A stretch of 64,000 nucleotides of DNA from a virus (IMGVR_UViG_3300025012_000029:64001-128000), one strand, 5' to 3'; numbered from the stretch's first letter, positions 8,220 to 18,600 are shown. Translations and numbers: made by a program. Notes: generated from the letters alone by a model not told the origin.

Positions 8220-11200
8220 TTATCTTCTCCATCTAACTCTGAACCAACCCTGCACGTCTGTAGCTGTATTGCCACCAGATTGATTCCTTACAGAAATAGT
8301 TTGACTAGCACTAAAATTAGAATTAATTGTATAATCCGCTCCAGACGTTACACTGGAAGATATAAAAGTAATTTGTGTTCCATTGGATAAAAATTCAAAT
8401 ACGGCTGCGTCAGAGTCGTCTCTGGCGTATCCGACCGCGACAATGGTTCCACTAAACGGCATTGTATAACCATTTGTAGAAGTAAAAATCACATCAGAGC
8501 CTTTAAAAAATACTCCTTGAGCCGTCGTACCAGCGCGACCATAAGACATCATAACAGATTCATTAGAAAGCCACTTGCTCCTATATCCATCATAAACCAT
8601 CTCTAAATGCATATCAGTATTGTAATATCTATCGCCGTCAGAAGGCGTTGGAGAAGAAGGGTCAACCCCAGATTTGTTGTAAAATCTTATTCCATTATAT
8701 TTTTCTTGATTATTGTCAAGAGCGCCAGAAATATCAATTGTGACCAAAGAATTTTGTATTAATTTTCCAGACGTACCATCGTAAATTGTTACTGCCCTGT
8801 CAGTTGCAGACGAAGGTCCAAAAACATCACCACCAACAGAAGCGGAAATTGTGATTGCGTTCGAGCCAGAAATTAGCGATATCGATCCAGTTGCAAGAAG
8901 CGTTCGAAAGCGTAAATCTACTCCAACTTTATTGGCAAAGACACCTTCGCCAGAGCCAGTATTTGACGCTGTATTCGTTTCGCCAATAGCCGACCCAGAA
9001 ATTGTTATTTCGTTTGAGCCAGAAATTAGTGATATCGATCCCGTCGCAAGAAGCGTTCTAAACTGTAGATCAACGCCGATTTTATTTGCGAACACTCCTT
9101 GTCCAGTTCCAACATTAGAAGCAGTGTTAGATTCTCCTGACGTAGAAACACCACCAATAGCACTTCCAAATTTTCCAGCAGCAATAAATTTTGCTCTTGC
9201 TGGATTTGTTAAATCTGTCGTATCAGATCTGAGAATTAACCATCCCCTAAATGTCGCTCTTGCAAAATTTGGTTCAATTTCTACTGGATTATCTCTGCCA
9301 ACGTCAGCATCTCCCATAGTTGGGTAAGTTGCTTGGCCAGGCTGGACATAGGTATCGTTGTCGGAAGCAAAGAAAAATATTAATTGAATTGTAAACCGAC
9401 CACCAGGAACGGTTGCTAAAATTCCAGTACCGTCGTCATACAGTCCTGGCTCAATATCTGTTACGTCAGTTGGGTTTACCCAACTTCCAGAACCATCACG
9501 GTATCTATAACTAAATGGTAATGCCGATCCAGAAGCGCTCAATATTATATTTGGATCTTTAGCAGAATTTTTATAGTTTGCTCCTAGATCAAATGTTCTT
9601 CCTCCGCTCTTGTTTAATTTTAAATTTGCTCCATTAGCGTTATATTCATTTCCAGTTATATTCATAGGACCAAAATTATGAATAAAATCATAAGCATTTA
9701 AAACGCTATTATAGACTAAATGTGCATGATTTCTTATGGCATCAATCCACAAATGATTTGTATGAACAATTCTACCAACCAACAACAAATCTCTCATTTG
9801 TTCTGTGTCAAAGTCTGTCGTTTGTTGAACAACGCCACCAGTTAAATTGAGAGCAATATTCGTTGTAATATTTGTCGACAAATATGAAGCTGAAATAGCT
9901 GTTTGAGTCGGCCAAGTTACAGTTGTGATTGAAGCACTAAGTGGGTTGGTATGATTATCGACAACATAACCAGTTCCAGATGAAATATCAAATGACGCAC
10001 TATTTCCAGTATTGATTGACAGAATGCCACCACTTACAATACCAGTAAACTTAAACAAATCAGATGATAATTTGTCGCCAGAAGACATAAAACCAGCAGA
10101 ACTAGTAGTCGCTAATGCATGCAAACTTCCTCCACCAAGGTTGCCGTGAGAAGAAGATATATTAATCGTATTAGAGCCAGAAATTATAGAAACAGAACCA
10201 GAAGCGGTTAAACTTCTAAAGCGTAAATCAACACCAACCTTATTTGCAAATACACCTTCGCCAGAGCCAATATTTGATGCTGTATTTGTTTCGCCACTTC
10301 CAGAAACCGCAGAAGAAGAAATTGTTATCTCGTTTGTTCCAGAGATAATAGAAATATTTCCAGCGCCCAAAATACTTCTGAAATTGAAAGTGACACCTGT
10401 TTTATTTCTAAAAACTCCTTCTCCTGATCCAACATTTGCAACAAGATTTGTTTCCCCTGGAGAAAGAGAACTAGAAATACTATAAGTAATTTTAACATCA
10501 TCAGTGTTGGATAATGTAAACGGTACATCCAGCCAAGTTACAGTAGTGCCGGAGACGGTGAAATGTTCTCCAACGTCATAAGCAAAACCATTGACATATA
10601 ATATTACATCACTTGGGTCAACTGGAGATTGGTCAAGTGTAAAAACTGTTTGGAAGTTGGTAGCAACCTGATCTTGAACATATTCTTCAAATAATGTTCC
10701 ACCACCTGGATTACTAAAAATTGTAATCGTATTAGAACCAGATATAATAGAAACAGAACCAGACCCAACTATACTTCTAAATTGGAATGTTGAGCCCGAT
10801 AAAGTAGAAAATATTCCTTCACCTGCTCCAATGTTTTGTGCAGATGTAACGGTGCCGCCCCCACCACTACTCGAAAATAAAATATCAATTTCATCATTAA
10901 CGATATCCTGTGAGGCACTTATGAAGATGTTGCTACCTGTTATGAAATTTAGTCTTGGACGAGATCCAACATTAATTCCGTCATTTACTCTGATTGTGAC
11001 TTTTTGTGGATCTGCCAATTCTCCTAAAAGGTTGCTTACAATAATTTCATCGATGCCAGCGTCTTGATGTTGTGTGGCATGTAGAGATGGAGCAGCGCTT
11101 CCAGAAATTGTTATTGTGTCGCTACCAGAAATTAAAGTAATAGAACCTGTTGCCAATAGGGTTCTAAAGTTGAGAAATGTTCCACTTTTTGTTTGAAAAA

Positions 11201-11531
11201 TACCTTGACCAGTGCCAACATTGGCAGCGTTGGTTATATCTCCAACTCCAGCACCACCAGAAGCAGAAGAAGAAATAAATATTTCAGTAGCGCTAGACGA
11301 TATAGAAACAGAGCCGATTCCAACAAGACTCTTAAATTGTAAATCAACTCCAACTTTTTGCGCAAATACACCAGTCCCAGTACCAATATTGGAAGCTGTT
11401 TCTGCAGAACCAGAAAAGCTTGAACTTCCAAGAACAATTATGCTCCCGGAAATAACTATATCACCATCAATTACTACATTTCCGCCAATATTATTTGGTG
11501 ACGGACGGAAACGAGAACTGGCAAACGACAT
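8220..11531 (-). CDS. Long repeat-built fibre protein
   Basis: 1103 aa; seven ~50-aa repeats (consensus NTASNxGxGEGVFxNKxGVDLxFRxLxxxGSISxISGSNxITIS) with other beta modules in between. Confidence 0.75.
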   Translation of the reverse strand: MSFASSRFRPSPNNIGGNVVIDGDIVISGSIIVLGSSSFSGSAETASNIGTGTGVFAQKVGVDLQFKSLVGIGSVSISSSATEIFISSSASGGAGVGDITNAANVGTGQGIFQTKSGTFLNFRTLLATGSITLISGSDTITISGSAAPSLHATQHQDAGIDEIIVSNLLGELADPQKVTIRVNDGINVGSRPRLNFITGSNIFISASQDIVNDEIDILFSSSGGGGTVTSAQNIGAGEGIFSTLSGSTFQFRSIVGSGSVSIISGSNTITIFSNPGGGTLFEEYVQDQVATNFQTVFTLDQSPVDPSDVILYVNGFAYDVGEHFTVSGTTVTWLDVPFTLSNTDDVKITYSISSSLSPGETNLVANVGSGEGVFRNKTGVTFNFRSILGAGNISIISGTNEITISSSAVSGSGETNTASNIGSGEGVFANKVGVDLRFRSLTASGSVSIISGSNTINISSSHGNLGGGSLHALATTSSAGFMSSGDKLSSDLFKFTGIVSGGILSINTGNSASFDISSGTGYVVDNHTNPLSASITTVTWPTQTAISASYLSTNITTNIALNLTGGVVQQTTDFDTEQMRDLLLVGRIVHTNHLWIDAIRNHAHLVYNSVLNAYDFIHNFGPMNITGNEYNANGANLKLNKSGGRTFDLGANYKNSAKDPNIILSASGSALPFSYRYRDGSGSWVNPTDVTDIEPGLYDDGTGILATVPGGRFTIQLIFFFASDNDTYVQPGQATYPTMGDADVGRDNPVEIEPNFARATFRGWLILRSDTTDLTNPARAKFIAAGKFGSAIGGVSTSGESNTASNVGTGQGVFANKIGVDLQFRTLLATGSISLISGSNEITISGSAIGETNTASNTGSGEGVFANKVGVDLRFRTLLATGSISLISGSNAITISASVGGDVFGPSSATDRAVTIYDGTSGKLIQNSLVTIDISGALDNNQEKYNGIRFYNKSGVDPSSPTPSDGDRYYNTDMHLEMVYDGYRSKWLSNESVMMSYGRAGTTAQGVFFKGSDVIFTSTNGYTMPFSGTIVAVGYARDDSDAAVFEFLSNGTQITFISSSVTSGADYTINSNFSASQTISVRNQSGGNTATDVQGWFRVRWRR
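8840..9138 (-). repeat. Tandem 153-nt (51-aa) intragenic duplication
   Basis: Anchor gatatcgatcc at 8878 and 9031; encoded units nearly identical (FRTLLATGSISLISGSN). Confidence 0.8.
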
Positions 11532-11600
11532 TCGTTATTTACCTCTTACCATTGATGTAATTTTATCAAGCAAACAAATGCACTTATACACCAACAACAA

Positions 11601-11608
11601 TAACTAGT
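11601..11608 (-). promoter_or_regulatory. ACTANTTA junction motif
   Basis: ACTAGTTA on minus strand, ~70 nt upstream of ATG 11531. Confidence 0.5.
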
Positions 11609-11631
11609 TGTTTGGGATAAGTTAAGAATTT

Positions 11632-11876
11632 TTAATTTGATGACGGAAAAGTGGGAGGAGAAAGTTTTTCTTTGTCCTGGACTTCTTCTATCACTTCGAA
11701 TAGAAAATTTTCTTTTCCGTATATATTATAAGAATTTTGAAGATGGTCGTTGTCGTGTTTTTGGTTTTTAAATAACGAAAATGATAACTTTTTCTGCTAC
11801 TTAAACAGGAAGCGCTTCCAATGTAAACTTTTCCATTGGCCAAATTGCGAATTTGATATATTCCATGTTTAGGCAT
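11632..11876 (-). pseudogene. Frameshifted, truncated GIY-YIG homing endonuclease
   Basis: GIYQIRN...YIGS in frame 0. After ACC-AAAAA the -1 frame continues HDNDHLQNSYNIYGKENFLFEVIEEV, matching intact 22855..23523 (THLQNSWNKYG..FLFETIEE). Stops before the LEREQ helix. Confidence 0.85.
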
Positions 11877-11890
11877 ATTGTACTAACAAT

Positions 11891-12316
11891 CTAGATCGTG
11901 AGCCCGCTACCTGTGAGCGAAAACATTTCTGTCACAGGGATGTTAGTTAATTCTCCGAATAACTCGAACTCACCGTTCGCGGACCCAGTCGCTAATGAAA
12001 TGTAAAGTTCTTTAGTTTTCACTGAAAAAGTTATGCTATCCTTCGACTCGCTGAGTGTAATATAATGGTGGTTTGCCTCAACGTTGCCGTCCGAAAGAGA
12101 ATTAAAATGTAACCGTATGTCGGTTGCTGATCTGTTTATCACCGTTACTGAGCGCGTAATATACGGAAATTCTATTTTAACTTGTGCATTTAATGTTGAA
12201 AAGCTAGACGACAATAAAACCGCCCCCGTAACGTACGGTATTCCTGAGCTCAAATATGAGTTCGTATTCCAAATTCCTGGCCCTATTGGTTGAAAAACGT
12301 TGGGTGTTCTAGCCAT
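11891..12316 (-). CDS. Small beta-rich protein, probably virion structural/decoration
   Basis: 141 aa; SD AGGAG; head-module context. Confidence 0.6.
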   Translation of the reverse strand: MARTPNVFQPIGPGIWNTNSYLSSGIPYVTGAVLLSSSFSTLNAQVKIEFPYITRSVTVINRSATDIRLHFNSLSDGNVEANHHYITLSESKDSITFSVKTKELYISLATGSANGEFELFGELTNIPVTEMFSLTGSGLTI

Positions 12317-12335
12317 TATATTCTCCTGCCTTCAC

Positions 12336-12343
12336 TAATTAGT
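12336..12343 (-). promoter_or_regulatory. ACTANTTA junction motif
   Basis: ACTAATTA, ~20 nt upstream of ATG 12316. Confidence 0.5.
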
Positions 12344-12344
12344 G

Positions 12345-12602
12345 CTAATCATCCATTTCCAACTCTAGCATTTCTTTTCTCTTCATTCTTTCCAGAACAA
12401 GAATTCTTCTAAATTTAGCTTCTCGTCGTTTGGTTGTAGGTTTTTTAAAATGCTTTCTTTCCAAAATTTCTTCAATCAATCTGTCTTTCTTTAATTTCTT
12501 GAGATGTCTTTTTATCAAAGACTCCACTGATTCTTCTTTTCTCAAACGAACTGTGAAATTACCACCATCATATTGGTTATTCTTTTCTCTTTTTTCAAAC
12601 AT
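12345..12602 (-). CDS. rpsU: Phage-encoded 30S ribosomal protein bS21
   Basis: TVRLRKEESVESLIKRHLKKLKK..LIEEILERKHFKKPTTKRREAK matches the bS21 pattern V-x-V-R-x-x-E...LRRFKR...E-x-R-x-R-x-F-Y-E-K-P-x-x-x-R. Confidence 0.8.
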   Translation of the reverse strand: MFEKREKNNQYDGGNFTVRLRKEESVESLIKRHLKKLKKDRLIEEILERKHFKKPTTKRREAKFRRILVLERMKRKEMLELEMDD

Positions 12603-12619
12603 ATTTGCCTTTCTTATTT

Positions 12620-13174
12620 TTATAATACTTTAGCCCAACGGTGTCCAGCTACATTAAGGATTCCCTTTATGTTAACGCCAGGATCACGAGGATCGATATT
12701 TCTCAACGCTGTTCCTTGAGATTCCATCTTTGATTCTTCTGGAGCTGCCGTTGGAGATTTTTCAATCATTGCTTCTTGAATTAATGGAGCAGTTTCTATT
12801 CCTTTAAATATATCGATACCCATTCCAGCGGCATCAGTAACCTTTTTGAATCTTTCATTTAGTTCCATTGATCTTTGTTTTTCCATAGCTGCAGCTCTAA
12901 CAGCATTTTTTGCTTTTGATACTTTTTCAGACATTTCTTGTGGAATTTCTCTTTTTCTACTAGCAACCATAGGTTCGTATGCTAGCTCTGTAGTCGAAGG
13001 AATATGTTCCCTTATTATCTCTTTAATAACAACTTTATTGGTGTTGTTGAGTCCAGTAGCAACTTCTGTTATTAATTGTGATAAAACTCCAGATTCGAAC
13101 ATAACTTCTTTCACTGCCTCAAGTATTAATGGCTTGAGAATTTTTTGAAGTTCTGCTTTATTCATTCCAAACAA
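12620..13174 (-). CDS. Hypothetical head-module protein
   Basis: 184 aa (likely ATG start 13165); N-terminal amphipathic helix KAELQKILKPLILEAVKE. Confidence 0.65.
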   Translation of the reverse strand: MFGMNKAELQKILKPLILEAVKEVMFESGVLSQLITEVATGLNNTNKVVIKEIIREHIPSTTELAYEPMVASRKREIPQEMSEKVSKAKNAVRAAAMEKQRSMELNERFKKVTDAAGMGIDIFKGIETAPLIQEAMIEKSPTAAPEESKMESQGTALRNIDPRDPGVNIKGILNVAGHRWAKVL

Positions 13175-13213
13175 CTCCTATAGATAAAAGAATTTCCATA
13201 TGTCTTTTCATTA

Positions 13214-13816
13214 TTATTTCCTCAACACTTCATTCAAAGCATTTAAGATGCGATCTGATTTTCCTAATATTACATGATTTTTTACTTCTGTTAAGTGCAT
13301 AAATGCTCCTTGTGTTGATGGCTCAGAAACGACATCAAAACAGATCAATTGGAAATCATCTTCAACCATTAATCCGCCTTGAATTTCCTTCACAGAACCT
13401 AAACCCCTAGAAGAAAGTCCTATAGCAACGCCATCATTTACAAGCGAGCGCAATTGTTGTCCTGGGGTTCCTGATAAGACTTTTAATTTTATCATTACAT
13501 CTTTGCCTTCCATCCATATATCAGTAATTACATGAGACACTTTTTCAAGCTCTACTACAGTAGAATCAGGATGATCTAATTGTCCTAATGATCGTTTTTC
13601 TGTAACTACTCTCTTATAATTCTCCACTTCACGACGCAATACATGTTCTGGATAAATTCTGCCATTTCCATTTTTGTGGTCGGCTCTCTGAGCTATTCCC
13701 GTTAAAATTATGGCTCCATTTTTTACTTCTAACTTCTCTGATTCTGAGAGTAAGTCGGTACATGTACCGCCGTCGCATAATTTATAAAATTCACGTAGTA
13801 AAAATCGTTTAGTCAT
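13214..13816 (-). CDS. Prohead core protease (T4 gp21-like)
   Basis: QRADxKNGNGRIYP, LGQLDHP, IGLSSRGLGSV, FDVVSEPST motifs. Confidence 0.93.
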   Translation of the reverse strand: MTKRFLLREFYKLCDGGTCTDLLSESEKLEVKNGAIILTGIAQRADHKNGNGRIYPEHVLRREVENYKRVVTEKRSLGQLDHPDSTVVELEKVSHVITDIWMEGKDVMIKLKVLSGTPGQQLRSLVNDGVAIGLSSRGLGSVKEIQGGLMVEDDFQLICFDVVSEPSTQGAFMHLTEVKNHVILGKSDRILNALNEVLRK

Positions 13817-13855
13817 TGTTTTTCTCTCTAAAAAATCTCTTTCAATAATATTTCC

Positions 13856-13878
13856 GCTCTTCTCATCACAAGAAGAGC
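13856..13878 (-). promoter_or_regulatory. 8-bp hairpin between the small ORF and the protease gene
   Basis: GCTCTTCT-TGTGATG-AGAAGAGC on minus strand, starting in the TAG of the 24-aa ORF. Confidence 0.5.
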
Positions 13879-13952
13879 TAGTTACACGAACCCCGGCAGC
13901 ATCTCCTGACAGGCTGCAGGATCCATTTCTTAGTCCATGCGTTTTCGAACAT
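13878..13952 (-). CDS. 24-aa Cys/Arg/Trp-rich peptide MFENAWTKKWILQPVRRCCRGSCN
   Basis: Hand-read ORF; GAGGGA SD-like sequence 7 nt upstream; occupies an otherwise empty gap; overlaps the end of 13930..14265. Confidence 0.55.
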   Translation of the reverse strand: MFENAWTKKWILQPVRRCCRGSCN

Positions 13953-14265
13953 AATTAATTCCCTCATCTCCAAACGTGGTACATAAAATATAGCTAGTTC
14001 CACTAGAAAGACACGCTAACAAAAATCCAGTTATTAGCGAATTGTCAAATGTAAATAGTTGAGTATAATCTTTTAATAACCACAGAAACCAGCCAATCCA
14101 CCAAGCCGCACACTGGGGGCACTTGAATAATTTCCAATTTGGTCTTATTTTGTTAAAAATGACTCCGTAAACTATTATGGAAGTCAAACCATACGAAATT
14201 AAAATAAAATAAACTAAATTTAACAAAAGCTTAACACGCCTTCTTAAGCGCCTGGGGCATACCAA
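13930..14265 (-). CDS. Small membrane protein with CxxC (DUF1360-like)
   Basis: Three hydrophobic segments and CPQC-x-x-WW; true start may be TTG at 14226. Confidence 0.65.
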   Translation of the reverse strand: MVCPRRLRRRVKLLLNLVYFILISYGLTSIIVYGVIFNKIRPNWKLFKCPQCAAWWIGWFLWLLKDYTQLFTFDNSLITGFLLACLSSGTSYILCTTFGDEGINYVRKRMD

Positions 14266-14786
14266 CGTCTGGTTTTATACATATTCGCGTCTTTTGGCAA
14301 ACTTCCCTTGATCGCCCTTTGCGGCACTTCGCCAAGCTCTGTGCTCTCGTCTCCCTCTGGCTCTGTCAATCTTTCTTCAAATTCATCCTGGATATATTCA
14401 TCCATGTCCATGTGTGGTTTTTCTTCTTCAATAAATTTTCCTATTGTAAAAACACTTATTTGAATTGGATTGATTCCGGCAACGGGTTCAGGAATTTCAG
14501 CCTCCATACTTCCGTATACATTACCAGACCGCACACTCTCTCTTTTAATAACGCCTTTTGTTCCTAGATAATTGAAAAGACGATCTTGAGTAGAATAAAC
14601 GCTGTCTTGAAGACTTTTTTTGGGAAAAGCAATTATTTTTTTCTTTTCTGGTAAAACAACAATATCAATATCATTATGGTCCATTATGAGGATATTGCCA
14701 TCAATCGATTTACGCGCAACAAGAGACATTTTTGTCTCTGTTTTTTGTACTGTATCTCCTACTTTAATTTTGATTGGTTGTGTCAT
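14244..14786 (-). CDS. Hypothetical head-module protein
   Basis: 180 aa; overlaps both neighbours in an operon-like chain. Confidence 0.65.
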   Translation of the reverse strand: MTQPIKIKVGDTVQKTETKMSLVARKSIDGNILIMDHNDIDIVVLPEKKKIIAFPKKSLQDSVYSTQDRLFNYLGTKGVIKRESVRSGNVYGSMEAEIPEPVAGINPIQISVFTIGKFIEEEKPHMDMDEYIQDEFEERLTEPEGDESTELGEVPQRAIKGSLPKDANMYKTRRWYAPGA

Positions 14787-15606
14787 TTATTTTAATCTCT
14801 CTAACCAAATTCTGAATCTTTATGACCTGCTCAATCATTATATTGCTGATTTCCTGTTTGGCATATCCCTCTAACATCATTAGAACTTCTTTTATCATTG
14901 AAGACATTTGTAAATTGGACTTTATTTCATCTAATTCAGTGGATTTTTTTACTTCATCTTTGAGACGGCTTATTTCTTCATTCAAGAACGTTTTGAGTTC
15001 AAGTCCATTATCGCTAAATGAAATAATATATTTTCCTAAAAGAGATTTCTGTTCTTCATGAAGATTGGAATATTGATCATTGAATTTCTTCACAAACGTT
15101 TTCAAAACTAAATTATCAATTGGAACCATTTGAGATTCAGTTAAAATTGATTTATTTGTCATAGTAGCGAGAATTTCTTTTTCTAATAATATTCTCGACT
15201 TAATGGATACGTCACGGTTGAATATTTGCGAAAGAGAGGCAAGATTTTTATAATTTGGAACAAAATTACTAAATACTGAATCGCCAAGATACTTTTTTAT
15301 CTTAAACATCAACTTACTTTGCTCTCTAAACAATTGATCTTTATCTAGGGAATCATATTCGCGCTTTATCTCCTGTAAAACTTTTTCAGCAGAAATGGCA
15401 TCATCTGGACTGTCATTAATACTCTTATAAAGTTTCAATTCTTTATTCAAAAGAGTGCTCTTCTTCCCAAAATGCTCTTTTATTATCGTTTTAATAACAT
15501 TTTGTCGTTCAGAATTATTTGAAACGACAGATTTTATGAGTTCTATTATAAGAACTTCATACAGAAAGGCTACATTCCTCTTTTTATTATGTTTATATTT
15601 ATTCAT
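14764..15606 (-). CDS. Hypothetical helical head-module protein
   Basis: 280 aa starting KHNKKRNVAFLYEVL; 8-nt overlap with the portal stop. Confidence 0.7.
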   Translation of the reverse strand: MNKYKHNKKRNVAFLYEVLIIELIKSVVSNNSERQNVIKTIIKEHFGKKSTLLNKELKLYKSINDSPDDAISAEKVLQEIKREYDSLDKDQLFREQSKLMFKIKKYLGDSVFSNFVPNYKNLASLSQIFNRDVSIKSRILLEKEILATMTNKSILTESQMVPIDNLVLKTFVKKFNDQYSNLHEEQKSLLGKYIISFSDNGLELKTFLNEEISRLKDEVKKSTELDEIKSNLQMSSMIKEVLMMLEGYAKQEISNIMIEQVIKIQNLVREIKINDTTNQN

Positions 15607-18600
15607 CTGGTTTATTGCCTATTTTACTGCTTTTAATCTTTTCTTTCCACGAATCATCCTTTTCTAACGATTCAATCATTAGTTTTATGCTACTGGCATT
15701 ATCAGTTAATTGTTGAGTCTCTTCTATAGAAGACTCTGAACACTCTGCTTCAATAGCAATAAAATTATCTTCTTTATTGTTTTCATCCGTCATCGTTTGT
15801 TTATAATTATGTTCATACTCCTCAAATATACCTTTTGATAGAGTCCTCATTTCACTTCCACCCTTAAAAACATTTCTAAATGTATTTCTACCCATTTCAT
15901 CGGAGTATTTGCCCCTCATGCTTCTTCGTCGAGCACCACCAGAACGCTGATCGGATACAACAGGAGTATATACTTTTCCTTTTGAACCAGCAGTAATGTG
16001 TCCTTTGGTTCTCAATTGTGGCATCATAGAATTAAAATCATGTCTTTTTCCGGGAGGAATTTCAGGTTCTTTACCGGGAGCTGCCAATAAAGTTTCATCT
16101 TCTGGCGATTCTTCTTCTCCACCAAGATCTCCACCCAAATCACCTAAATCTCCTCCACCCTCTGCAGCCATTTCACCAGCACTAGCTATAGCTTCTAATT
16201 GTGCTGCCAATTGAGCATCAAAAAACATTTCTCTAGTGTTGCGCAAAAATTCCTCATCAGACATTCCAAGAATCTTTTTAGCTATTGTCCGTCTGCTGTA
16301 ATAACCTTCAGTAGCAGCACCAGCAACATCAAATTTTGTTTTCAAATGTTCTAGCTCTTGTAGTTCGGCAATCTTGGATGGGTTTGGAAGTTCCAACTTG
16401 AAAGATATTAAATCCTTTCCCCTGTATCCAAGAACAAACAAATGAATATATCCTATTTTTTCTAACTCAGAAACCACGCTCCTCTGAATTCTTTGAATTG
16501 TTTTTGCGAAAAGAATGTCTTTTTGTGAAAGAGTTGTTTTATCTTCCATGGAGCCTTCAGTCGCTACAATATATGAGTGAGGTATCTTTAATCCCGACAT
16601 CATCTTGTCACGAAGGTATTTAACGTCATCAATATCTCCGGTATATGATCCACCTGGAAGGGATTCTATTCTAGTTCCTCCGGTGTTGCCTATTACCGGG
16701 ATAAAATAATCCTCTTCGATCGACATCGGATTGAATCTTTTATCGGCTTGCCCACTATCCGGATCCACGATGGTATTTCTTTTCATGGTTGTCATGATTT
16801 TTTCCATGTGTTGTTCAACGTCTTTTTCGTTAATTCCACCAACATCAACATAAAAAACTCTACGCTCGGGCGAATTATGAACTATAACACCATCTGATAT
16901 AAAATTATGATTATCATTATCAACTCGAATGTCATATACATTGTCGAATATTTCTGTTGAACTTACCTCAACAATATTTTCAAATAAATCAGATTCTTTT
17001 TTAGAAACACATGGCATTACAAACATATGTTTATTTGGGATCAATTTATCAACTGAAACATATTCAATAATATTTGTGTCTTTATCTTTCACAAGAATAG
17101 GGTGATTAAAGTTAGTCCTAATCGTTCTATGTTTAGATTTTATTTCCCATATTTGTTGAATGCCATTCTCAACCCAATCTAAAACATTTGACAATACCAA
17201 CTTATCATTATCATATGAATATACTTTATCGCCAACTTTAATGTCTTTTATCTCTTTATATCCATCTTCTGTCCAAATCTTCGAAGACCCATGTAAACAG
17301 CGGACGATTCTATATGCCATCATAGCTTGCTCTTGTAAATCGAGCTGACGCCATATTCTTCTAACTGGATCTAATATAGAATTTCCGTAGGGCGCGAATT
17401 TATCATTGCCTAAAATTCTAAAATGTGCGACTTGCCAATTTTCAAATGTCATCCCGGCAGAATTCCACTGAAATTGAACATAATTTGGGTTGGTTTTATC
17501 TTCGCCCTCAATGCGTTCAATTTCCATTAATGGCAAACCCACGAAATTGGTAATACCGTGTTCTTCATCGATGTCGAGATAAAGAATCTTATCGCCATAC
17601 TTACATGTGTCGCGACACCAACCAAATAAATTAAATTCTAGGTTGAGAACATTGTAATAAAGATTTTCGAGAACACTTTTTATTTCTTCGTTTGGACATT
17701 TGATTGTCAATAGTTTTTGAATTGGAGAAGAAGTTGTCATTTCGTCAGCATATATGTCAAGACTTGAATTCGAAACTATAATACCGCTCTCTAGACAAAA
17801 ATTCTCAAAATGATCAACAGTTAAATCATAAACATCGCATATTTTTCCTGTCCATTCTATATGTTCAACCTTATGATTTGAATATTTATAGTTTGTTTTA
17901 TAATCTTCCCAACTTTTAAAACCACAACTTCTTAATCTTCTTTGCAAAAATTGAACTTTTCCATTATAATGTTTAAATGTTTTGGTATCAAAATTAAAAC
18001 CATCTGCAAATTCTTTCAAAGTTTTATAGTTTAAACCTTCCAAAAGAACCATTTCATTTGTTACAGATTTTTCAAATCTTCCGTTTTCACTTCTTATATG
18101 TTTGATTCTATCTTTATATGAAGGATCATTTGCAAATTTTAATTTCAATGTCTCGGAATGATGGTTTCTCTTCCATAATGCCCAATCTTCATTTTCCCAA
18201 AGAGATCTAGCGTGATTTGAAAATATTTGAGTCATTTTTGATACGTACAATAAATCATTTTTCCATCTTTCTTTATTCAAGAAAGAAGCATGATCAGACA
18301 TAAACTTTTTACCTTCTAACGAAGATTGCCACCGTGTAAATCCAGAAATTCTTTCTTTTTTTTCATCATCGTTGAGATCATTCCAATGTTGCCGACAAGA
18401 TTTAGATATTTTTTCAGTTGTTATTGTTGATTTACCGTGTAAACGAGCATGATCAAGAGCATTCAATAATTCAAGATTATCTGTTCTGTTGTCGTACTTT
18501 CGATGATTTTTGTGATGTACGTTAATTGAATTAATTTGTCGCTCAAACACATCTTCGAAGATATATCGATGTGCTGATTTATATTTTCCATTAGGTTTTC

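Noticed and set aside
8220-11531. CRISPR array or DGR variable/template repeats
   Set aside because: The repeats are in-frame protein modules without spacers; differences are not adenine-restricted and no reverse transcriptase is in the window.
11720-11770. Programmed -1 frameshift producing an active GIY-YIG
   Set aside because: No heptamer slippery site or stimulatory structure, and the shifted product still lacks the catalytic helix.
13560-13600. GQLDHP instead of GELDHP in the prohead protease
   Set aside because: The catalytic His and Ser motifs are intact; one conservative change is not enough to claim altered function.
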